The notes beneath the pieces were generated by a model that ran no database searches, had not been told where the DNA came from, and saw only the letters and a program-made list of their open reading frames with translations. Of a stretch of 64,000 bases of DNA, positions 57,045-64,000 are shown one piece after another (within the stretch, counting starts at the first letter, position 1; every line of letters begins with the position of its first letter). The stretch spans positions 110-64,109 of the forward strand of contig CAYTIE010000004.1 in NCBI GenBank assembly GCA_964437815.1, read 5' to 3'. Source of the stretch: an uncultured Flavobacteriaceae bacterium (GTDB lineage Bacteria > Bacteroidota > Bacteroidia > Flavobacteriales > Flavobacteriaceae). The position numbers and the translations under genes were made by a program.

Positions 57045-58210
57045 AGTCTTTCAAAAATTCCCGCTATTCCTTGACCTCCTCCAACACAAGCAGTAACCAT
57101 TCCATACTTTTGATCCCTTCTTTTCATTTCATTTAGAAGTTGAATAGTTAATTTAGCTCCAGTACACCCTAAAGGATGGCCTAATGCTATAGCTCCTCCA
57201 TTAAGATTAACCGTACTAGGGTCTAAGCCAGCCTCTTGAATAACAGCTAAAGCTTGACAAGCGAAAGCCTCATTTAATTCTGTTTGTTCAATATCAGATA
57301 GTTTTAAACCAGCTTGATCTAGTGCTTTTGGAATAGCTTCAACAGGTCCAATACCCATATATAAAGGGTCAACACCTCCTGATGTACAAGTAACCATTCT
57401 AGCAATTGGGCTAACCCCTAATTGCTTAACCATTTCTTCACTCATTACTAAAACAAAAGCAGCACCATCAGAAGTCTGAGATGAGTTACCAGCAGTAACA
57501 ATTCCACCCATTTTAAATGCAGGTCTAAGTTTTGACAAAGCTTCAAGAGTAGTATCTCTCCTAACACCTTCATCCATATCTACAACATGAGATTTAGATA
57601 CTCTTTTACCATTTTCTACAAATACTTCCTCAACAGTAACAGGAACAATCTCATCTTTAAAGTGTCCCTTATCAATTGCATTAGCAGCTTTTGTATGAGA
57701 CTCCAATGAAAATTGATCTGAAGCTTCTCTTGATATATTATATTTTTCCGCAACAGCCTCAGCTGTTTGACCCATTCCAACATGATAATTCATATTGTCT
57801 AAGTTTGCTTTATAACTTGGAGCTAATTTATAACCAGTCATTGGGATTAAACTCATACTTTCAATTCCACCCGCAATAAAAATATGTCCAAACCCAGCTC
57901 TAACCTTACTAACTGCCATTGATATTGCCTCAAGACCAGAAGCACAGTATCGATTAATTGTAACACCTGGAACCTCTTTTCCAAGCGCTCTTGCAGAAAT
58001 TAATCTTGCAACTTGTAATCCCTGCTCCCCTTCAGGATTTGCACAGCCAACAATTACATCATCAACTTTGGTTGTATCAAGTTTTGGAACTTGCGATGCA
58101 AGATGTTTTATAACATCAACAGCCAAATCATCGGTTCTATAATTTTTAAAGCCTCCCTTTTTTGCTTTTCCTATTGCGGATCTATAACCAGCTACTATAT
58201 ATGCTTCCAT
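57041..58210 (-). CDS. fadA: Acetyl-CoA C-acyltransferase (3-ketoacyl-CoA thiolase)
   Basis: 389 aa. NRYCASGLEA (acyl-Cys), GHPLGCTGAK and CVGGGQG motifs. Confidence 0.93.
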   Translation of the reverse strand: MEAYIVAGYRSAIGKAKKGGFKNYRTDDLAVDVIKHLASQVPKLDTTKVDDVIVGCANPEGEQGLQVARLISARALGKEVPGVTINRYCASGLEAISMAVSKVRAGFGHIFIAGGIESMSLIPMTGYKLAPSYKANLDNMNYHVGMGQTAEAVAEKYNISREASDQFSLESHTKAANAIDKGHFKDEIVPVTVEEVFVENGKRVSKSHVVDMDEGVRRDTTLEALSKLRPAFKMGGIVTAGNSSQTSDGAAFVLVMSEEMVKQLGVSPIARMVTCTSGGVDPLYMGIGPVEAIPKALDQAGLKLSDIEQTELNEAFACQALAVIQEAGLDPSTVNLNGGAIALGHPLGCTGAKLTIQLLNEMKRRDQKYGMVTACVGGGQGIAGIFERL

Positions 58211-58212
58211 AA

Positions 58213-60597
58213 TTAATTTCTTAAAGGTTTTTTATTCATTAACATGTATTGGATTCTATCCAAAGTTTTTTGATTACCAAGAAGACTCATGAAGTTTTCT
58301 CTTTCAAGGTCAAATAAATATTCTTCACTTACAAGTTGAGAACTTGTTAAATCTCCACCACATATAACATAAGCTATTTTTCTTGATACCTCGACATCAT
58401 AATCTGACATATAACCTCCCAACTTAAATTCATTAATTGCAGAATAAAGAGTTGAAAGACCTGCTCTACCAAGAACTTCAATGTGTTGATTTAAAGATTG
58501 GGGAATATATCCCACTGATAATTGTAATACTTTTTCTTTAGCCATTGCTATATTTCTCATTTGATTCATGCATACAGTATCTCTTGTTTTTTGAAGATAA
58601 TTGATATCAAATGCTTCATGTGCGGATGTTGAAACTGAAGCTGTAGCAATAGACCTGAAATGTTCTATTAATGTTGGCATTTTTACATCTCCTGTTTTAA
58701 ATGAATTAGATGCTCTCATCGCCATCTCTTTTGTACCTCCTCCTGCAGGTAGTAATCCTATTCCTGCTTCTGGGAGTCCTATATATGATTCTGAAGCAAA
58801 TATTCCTGCATCACAATGAATTACTACTTCTAGACCACCACCTAACACAAATCCTTGAGTTGATGCAACAATAGGAATTTTAGATGTTTTCATTTTCATC
58901 AAAATATTTTGAAATCCTACTAGAAATTTTTCAACTTCATCATATTGTTTCTGCATAGCTGCCATACCCATATTCATTATGTTAGCGCCAACAGAAAACT
59001 GCTTATTATTATGGCCAATAACAATTCCCTTCCAACCATCACTCTCAGCTATATCAATTGCTTTGTTTATTCCTTCTCCTATACCCGAACCAATAGCTCC
59101 TGCTTTACTCTGAAATTCAATACAAATTACCCCATCTCCTATATCATGTAAAGTACATTCTGAATTTTTAAAAATATTTTTTGATCTAAATGCATCTAAA
59201 ATTATAAATGATTCTGAGCTTGGAACGGTTATATATTTTTTTGATTTTAAATCAAAATACTTTCGTTTACCATCTTCAAACTTATAAAACACATCACCTC
59301 CACTTTTTTTCATTTGATGAATCCAATCAGGAATTTTTTCACCACAAGACTCTAAAAGATTAATTCCATTGTCAAGTCCTAAATTATCCCATAACTCAAA
59401 AGGTCCATATGTCCATGCGTATCCTGTTCTGCCAGCATCATCAATTTGGTAATAATCATCTGCTATTTCAGGAATACTCATGGCAGCATAAGACAAAAGA
59501 CATGCTAGGTATTCCTTATAAAATAAATTTTCATTTGAATCACCTTCAATCAAAAATTTAATTCTTCTATGAAAAAGCTCTATCGACTTTGCTTCTTTAA
59601 CTAATTTTAAATCTGGCTTGATTAATTTTCTATACTTGTGAGTTTTTAGATCTAAGGAATTAATTATTGTTTTTCCGTTTTCATCTTTTTTATTTGTTTT
59701 TTCATAATAACCTTTTCCTGACTTATTGCCAAGAAAATTATTGTCAATTAAAAATCTAAAAGCTTTGTTTTCAGGTTGATCTTTTAGAGTAGAATAAAAT
59801 GTATCATCTTTTACAGTATCAACTAAAAACTTTGTAACCTTCTCACTTGTATCAAGACCAACTAGATCTTGTAGCCTAAATGTACCTGAGCTTGGATATC
59901 CAATAACAGATCCAGTCATTAAATCAGCTTCCTCAATAGTAAAATCATATTTATCAGTTAATTGAAGTAATTTGATACCAGCCATAACTCCAATTCTATT
60001 AGCAATAAAAGCGGGAGTATCTTTACAAAGAACTGTTTGTTTTCCAAGTGTTATATCTCCAAATTCCATTAGAAATTCAACTAATTCTGAGTCAGTTTCA
60101 GTTTGAGGGATAATTTCTAATAACCTCATATATCTAGCTGGATTAAAAAAGTGAGTGCCACAAAAGTTTTTCTTAAAATCTTTAGATCTACCTTCACATA
60201 ATAAGTTTATAGGAATGCTTGAGGTATTGGAACTTACAAATGAATCGTTAGATTTATATTTTTCTACTTTTTCAAAAATTTGTTTTTTGATCTCTAGGTT
60301 TTCAACTACAACCTCAATAATCCAATCCACTGAAGAGATTTTTTCAAAATCATCATCAAAATTTCCAGTCTTTATCCTTTTTAAAAATTCTTTATTATAA
60401 ATAGGATTAGGTTTGGACTTAACAACTCTAGCTAAAGATTCATCAGCAATTACATTTCTATTTTTACCTTTTTCTAGATCTTTTGGAACAATATCTAGCA
60501 TTAGAACATCAATTCCCACATTGGCTAAATGACATGCAATTCCAGATCCCATAACACCTGATCCTAAAACAGCAACTTTTTTTATCTTATAACTCAT
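58213..60597 (-). CDS. Multifunctional 3-hydroxyacyl-CoA dehydrogenase / enoyl-CoA hydratase
   Basis: 794 aa. An N-terminal Rossmann VAVLGSGVMGSGIA (3HCDH), followed by a crotonase-fold C-terminal half (GGGLEVVIHCD). Confidence 0.9.
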   Translation of the reverse strand: MSYKIKKVAVLGSGVMGSGIACHLANVGIDVLMLDIVPKDLEKGKNRNVIADESLARVVKSKPNPIYNKEFLKRIKTGNFDDDFEKISSVDWIIEVVVENLEIKKQIFEKVEKYKSNDSFVSSNTSSIPINLLCEGRSKDFKKNFCGTHFFNPARYMRLLEIIPQTETDSELVEFLMEFGDITLGKQTVLCKDTPAFIANRIGVMAGIKLLQLTDKYDFTIEEADLMTGSVIGYPSSGTFRLQDLVGLDTSEKVTKFLVDTVKDDTFYSTLKDQPENKAFRFLIDNNFLGNKSGKGYYEKTNKKDENGKTIINSLDLKTHKYRKLIKPDLKLVKEAKSIELFHRRIKFLIEGDSNENLFYKEYLACLLSYAAMSIPEIADDYYQIDDAGRTGYAWTYGPFELWDNLGLDNGINLLESCGEKIPDWIHQMKKSGGDVFYKFEDGKRKYFDLKSKKYITVPSSESFIILDAFRSKNIFKNSECTLHDIGDGVICIEFQSKAGAIGSGIGEGINKAIDIAESDGWKGIVIGHNNKQFSVGANIMNMGMAAMQKQYDEVEKFLVGFQNILMKMKTSKIPIVASTQGFVLGGGLEVVIHCDAGIFASESYIGLPEAGIGLLPAGGGTKEMAMRASNSFKTGDVKMPTLIEHFRSIATASVSTSAHEAFDINYLQKTRDTVCMNQMRNIAMAKEKVLQLSVGYIPQSLNQHIEVLGRAGLSTLYSAINEFKLGGYMSDYDVEVSRKIAYVICGGDLTSSQLVSEEYLFDLERENFMSLLGNQKTLDRIQYMLMNKKPLRN

Positions 60598-60621
60598 TTC
60601 TAAATAATTGGAAGTGCTAAA

Positions 60622-60639
60622 CTAACTAAAATTAGTTAG
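60622..60639. promoter_or_regulatory. Operator-like palindrome CTAACTAA-AA-TTAGTTAG in the divergent fad/SCP2 intergenic region
   Basis: 8-bp perfect inverted arms with a 2-nt centre, read directly from the sequence. It lies 25 nt upstream of the fadB-like start and 37 nt upstream of the SCP2 gene. Confidence 0.35.
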
Positions 60640-60675
60640 AATTTTTAACTTTGCTTCAATATAAACTAATTTATT

Positions 60676-60969
60676 ATGGACAAAGAAAATATACTTGCTG
60701 ATTTTCAAGAAAAAGCTAAGAATGCATCTCCAATTGGGGGAATTATAAAATTTGTAATAGATGATAATTCTATCTGCATTGATGGCACTGGATCTGAAAA
60801 CAAAATATTATTAGAAGACATGGAGTCTGACTGTACTATCATTATGAAAGGATCATTAATGGAAGACCTAAAAAACGGAAAGGTTAATCCTATGATGGCT
60901 GTTATGACAGGAAAGCTAAAGATTAAGGGTGATACAGGACTTGCAATGAAACTTCAATCATTTATGTAA
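60676..60969 (+). CDS. SCP2 (sterol carrier protein 2) domain protein
   Basis: 97 aa. The C-terminal GKVNPMMAVMTGKLKIKGDTGLAMKL is typical of the SCP2 fold. Confidence 0.8.
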   Translation: MDKENILADFQEKAKNASPIGGIIKFVIDDNSICIDGTGSENKILLEDMESDCTIIMKGSLMEDLKNGKVNPMMAVMTGKLKIKGDTGLAMKLQSFM

Positions 60970-60991
60970 TTTTTGTTTTTTGTCGAACTAG

Positions 60992-61231
60992 TTACTTTTT
61001 GTTATATATTTAATCCGCTATAAACCAATTAATATCGAAAACGTTAATCTAAAAATAAATCGTTCTAAGGTTAATTATGCTATTACCCTAGCCAAATCTT
61101 TAACAAAAAAAGACCCTCAGTCAATTGAAAAGATATGGGTACTTTGTGGATTCAAGTCTAAAAGGAGCTTTGAAGTAAGTTTTAAAAAAGTTTATGGGAA
61201 ATCGTTCCATGAATATGTTGAAAGCCTGTAA
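60992..61231 (+). pseudogene. Remnant of an AraC/XylS-family regulator (C-terminal HTH only, no start codon)
   Basis: This is an open frame of 79 codons bounded by TAG (60989-60991) and TAA (61229-61231). It translates to ...INRSKVNYAITLAKSLTKKDPQSIEKIWVLCGFKSKRSFEVSFKKVYGKSFHEYVESL, matching the second HTH of AraC-type domains (GFxSxSxFxxxFKKxxGxSxxEY). There is no in-frame ATG, GTG or TTG. Confidence 0.5.
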
Positions 61232-61276
61232 TTTAACACTATCTTAATTTCCTGTTTTGTATTTTTTTAAATAAAA

Positions 61277-62266
61277 ATGAAAATTTTATATGCTATTCAA
61301 ACTACAGGAAATGGTCACCTCTCTCGTGCCCAAAAACTAGTTCCAGAATTTTCTAAAAAGGTAAAAGTAGATATTTTAACCAGTGGGCCTTTGAATAATT
61401 TCCCTACTTATAAACCCCCTATAAAGCATTACAAAGGATTTAAATTTTTCACATCTAAATCTGGATCAATCAATTGGATTAAAACCATTTTTTTTAACAA
61501 CTATATTCAATTTTTTGTTGATATATATAATTGTCCTGTTAAGAATTATGATATGGTGGTCAGTGATTATGAACCAGTTTCTGCATGGGCTTCATTAATA
61601 AGGGGTGTAAAATGTGTAGCACTAAGTAATCAGTATGTGCTTAATTCAAAGAATGTTCCTAAACCAAAAAGATATAGCAGAATATTACTTTCTGCAATAA
61701 ATTTATTATGTCCTACAAAAATTGGATATGGATATCACTATAAACCCTATAATGAAAATATACTAGATCCTATTATTAGGGATAGAATTAGAGAAATAGA
61801 TACCTCAACTAATAATGAAATATTAATTTATTTACCTACATATTCTATAGATAATATTATTGAAATAATTAAAAAGATACCAGTTCAAATGGAATGGACA
61901 ATCTTTACAAATGAAAGTGATTCTAATTACAAGTTAGATGGCATAAATATCAATTCTATTTCAGATGAACTATTCACAAAAAAGATAGGGTCCTGCTATG
62001 GTATAATTTGTGCCGGAGGATTCTCTACCACCTCTGAAGCAATTTTTCTAGGGAAACCAATGCTAGTAGTACCTGTAAAGGCTCAAATAGAGCAGCAATT
62101 TAACGCTGCAGCTCTTGAAAAAGAGGGAATTCAGGTATTAAAAGAATTCTCGTTAAATTATATTGATAAAATAAATGAGTGGATTAATTCTCCAACAGTC
62201 TTACATATTAATTATGAAGATAACTCTGGAGAAATTGTAAATTTAATTTTAACAACTAACAGATAA
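61277..62266 (+). CDS. GT-B fold glycosyltransferase (GT28/MGDG-synthase-like, MJ1255-type family)
   Basis: 329 aa. N-terminal MKILYAIQTTGNGHLSRA and C-terminal CAGGFSTTSEAIFLGKP ... EQQFNA nucleotide-sugar binding region. Confidence 0.65.
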   Translation: MKILYAIQTTGNGHLSRAQKLVPEFSKKVKVDILTSGPLNNFPTYKPPIKHYKGFKFFTSKSGSINWIKTIFFNNYIQFFVDIYNCPVKNYDMVVSDYEPVSAWASLIRGVKCVALSNQYVLNSKNVPKPKRYSRILLSAINLLCPTKIGYGYHYKPYNENILDPIIRDRIREIDTSTNNEILIYLPTYSIDNIIEIIKKIPVQMEWTIFTNESDSNYKLDGININSISDELFTKKIGSCYGIICAGGFSTTSEAIFLGKPMLVVPVKAQIEQQFNAAALEKEGIQVLKEFSLNYIDKINEWINSPTVLHINYEDNSGEIVNLILTTNR

Positions 62267-62270
62267 TACA

Positions 62271-62822
62271 ATGGAAGAAAATATTGAAAAACTGCAATTT
62301 CCAATTGGGAAATATAAACCTAATCTAGAGTTTGACTTTTCAAGAACATTGAAAGACATGGATACGTTAGAATCTTTTGCTGAAATGTTAAAAGAGTCTA
62401 TAAAAGATCTTGATGAATCAGATTTCAAAAAAACATATAGAGAAGGGGGCATGAATATTGCCCAAATAATTCATCACTGGTGTGATACTCATACCTATGC
62501 ATTTTTAAGAACAAAGCATACAATTCTTGAAGACAATCCAAATGTAAAGATGTATGAGGTGGATGAGTTCTTATCTACGCCTGACTCAAACACATTAGAT
62601 GTAAGAGATAGTTTAAATATAATTGAAGGAATTCATGCCAAATGGGTTAGTCTTCTTAAAACTCTATCGGAGGAAGATTTTAATAGAACTTATTATCACT
62701 CTGTAAGGGATAAAAATATTATTCTTCATGAACATGTTGGCATGTATGCTTGGCATACAAAGCATCATATTAAGCATATAGAGATTGCCAAAGAAAGTAT
62801 CAAAAAAGAAAGAAAAAGGTAA
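62271..62822 (+). CDS. DinB/YfiT-family metal-dependent (thiol) transferase/hydrolase-like protein
   Basis: 183 aa. The His triad pattern is IIHHWCDTH ... WHTKHHIKHI, a four-helix DinB_2-like layout. Confidence 0.65.
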   Translation: MEENIEKLQFPIGKYKPNLEFDFSRTLKDMDTLESFAEMLKESIKDLDESDFKKTYREGGMNIAQIIHHWCDTHTYAFLRTKHTILEDNPNVKMYEVDEFLSTPDSNTLDVRDSLNIIEGIHAKWVSLLKTLSEEDFNRTYYHSVRDKNIILHEHVGMYAWHTKHHIKHIEIAKESIKKERKR

Positions 62823-62828
62823 AAAAAA

Positions 62829-62849
62829 GGCACCGATAATGGTGCCTTT
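62829..62849. terminator. Bidirectional intrinsic terminator between convergent genes
   Basis: An A8 run, GGCACC (62829-62834), loop GATAAT, GGTGCC (62841-62846), then TTTAAT. It lies between the stops at 62822 (+) and 62871 (-). Confidence 0.65.
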
Positions 62850-62870
62850 AATCTCATTTCGAATAATAAT

Positions 62871-64000
62871 TTAATTTTCTATATAGTCTTGAAAAGACAT
62901 TAATTGTAGCTGATTGAGATCAACTTTTTTGATAATCTTATCAAATTCACCTTTTAAACTATTATACTCTTCAACAACTAATTTTAAATTATCCATATCA
63001 TTTTTGGATGGCTTGTCATAGCTGTCAGATATCTTTGAAAATAAATCAAGTAAATTTTCACGTAATTCATTCTCAGCAGTACCTACATAATTATCTCCCG
63101 TAGTTATTACAAGTGATTCTTTTAAAGTTTGTAGCTTATTTTTAATTCCTTTTCTGAAATTATCAGAAGACAGTATCTCATCAATAATATATACAGTATA
63201 TGCTAACTCCTCTGATAAATTATACAACATCATAGTAGTGTCATATTTTAACTTTTTTTCATCTAGATCTAACCCTGTATTTGGATCATCCATTACATAT
63301 ATAGGTTTTGAGAATTTGTCCTTTCCTTTATTTATAACTACAGTGTATGTTCCTTCTTTTACCCTAGGACTAGATAAACCTCCAAATGCTAGTGTCTTTC
63401 CTTTGGCTACTTTTGGTTGTTTCATCCTGTAATTCCATGAAACAAAGTTCATTCCCTTAGATTTACCCGGGCTTAACTTTATAACTGATTTTCCATTTTC
63501 ATCGAAAATTTCCATTGTCATTTTTCCAAAAGTATGTCTCTTAGGAAGTATATATTTAATCTGAGCGTTTAAAGAGGAATTAGGTCCATAGAATTGTGTC
63601 TCTCTTCCAAAGCTATCTGAAAAACCGGCATAGTCTGATATAACATACTTGTCATTTTCAAAAAAGTATAACTTTTGTGATAGAGATTCTTGGTTAATTT
63701 CTCTAAGTGGAGAAATATCATCTACTATTATTATACCTCTTCCATGAGTAGCTAATACAAGATCATTGGTATTTTTTTGTAATTCAATATGGTGAATTGC
63801 AACTGGTGGAACATTTTTTTCAAATTTGTTCCATGTATTTCCTCCATTAATTGAAACATATAATCCAAATTCTGTTCCTAAAAAAAGTAATTCAGGATGC
63901 TCATAATCCTCTTGTATACTTCTAGTAAATCCATATACATCATTATTAGGAATAATGTTTTCCCAACTCACTCCAAAGTTTTCGGTTTTATATGCGTATG
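62871..64000 (-). CDS. C-terminal part of a large BNR/Asp-box beta-propeller (sortilin/VPS10-like) protein, truncated by the window edge
   Basis: The frame stays open to position 64000 (upstream residues ...YAYKTENFGVSWENI). Asp-box-like repeats are present (SINGGNTWNKF, ENFGVSW). The tracked GTG 'start' at 63971 is therefore internal. Confidence 0.55.
   Translation of the reverse strand, partial: YAYKTENFGVSWENIIPNNDVYGFTRSIQEDYEHPELLFLGTEFGLYVSINGGNTWNKFEKNVPPVAIHHIELQKNTNDLVLATHGRGIIIVDDISPLREINQESLSQKLYFFENDKYVISDYAGFSDSFGRETQFYGPNSSLNAQIKYILPKRHTFGKMTMEIFDENGKSVIKLSPGKSKGMNFVSWNYRMKQPKVAKGKTLAFGGLSSPRVKEGTYTVVINKGKDKFSKPIYVMDDPNTGLDLDEKKLKYDTTMMLYNLSEELAYTVYIIDEILSSDNFRKGIKNKLQTLKESLVITTGDNYVGTAENELRENLLDLFSKISDSYDKPSKNDMDNLKLVVEEYNSLKGEFDKIIKKVDLNQLQLMSFQDYIEN

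Noticed and set aside
1-64000. Search for CRISPR arrays, insertion sequences or transposases, integrons, prophage blocks, rRNA genes and additional tRNAs.
   Set aside because: I saw no regularly spaced short repeats, no transposase or phage structural ORFs, and no second TTCGAA T-loop context outside 50416-50504. The only tyrosine recombinase (32-919) is the conserved Xer-type gene next to rpsU, not a mobile-element integrase.

Overview
This is a very AT-rich, gene-dense chromosomal segment, about 95% coding by eye. It looks like a streamlined marine Flavobacteriia (Bacteroidota) genome. Support for that: DUF4296/DUF4271/DUF3098 neighbourhoods, a TTTG-N19-TAnnTTTG promoter, mevalonate-pathway genes, rpoN, and ExbB/ExbD clusters. 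Most of the window is housekeeping. It holds a full trpEGDCFBA operon, four aminoacyl-tRNA synthetases (tyrS, leuS, asnS context), sucAB, pyrH-frr, truB, rpoN, Fe-S assembly helpers, fatty-acid beta-oxidation genes, umuCD and one tRNA-Ser(GGA). I found no rRNA, CRISPR array, transposase or prophage genes. Four items deserve a second look. (1) A tight 7-gene minus-strand operon (9747-15851) encodes KDG kinase, KDPG aldolase, a small membrane protein, a GntP permease, RidA, a D-Ser-dehydratase/D-Thr-aldolase-family PLP enzyme and an M19 amidohydrolase-fold 'dipeptidase'. I read it as a candidate route for 2-amino-2-deoxy-aldonic acids (D-glucosaminate, possibly N-acetyl-D-glucosaminate from oxidised chitin). 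(2) A perfect 120-nt direct repeat (15894-16013 and 16281-16400) duplicates a 5' regulatory region plus the first 13 nt of a CDS. It brackets a T4 Imm-like superinfection-immunity gene. (3) A classical-looking Trp leader peptide (MKTNNFVWWIGNS) plus an intrinsic terminator lies directly upstream of trpE. The promoter geometry predicts an essentially leaderless leader ORF. (4) Smaller oddities include a compositionally foreign GH3 glucosidase, a gpt-like PRTase coupled to the 7-deazaguanine transporter YhhQ, an AraC-family gene remnant, an operator-like palindrome in front of the fad genes, and an ATL-type (Cys-less) alkyltransferase-like protein. All functional calls come from reading the translated ORFs and motifs by eye. 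No database search was run.
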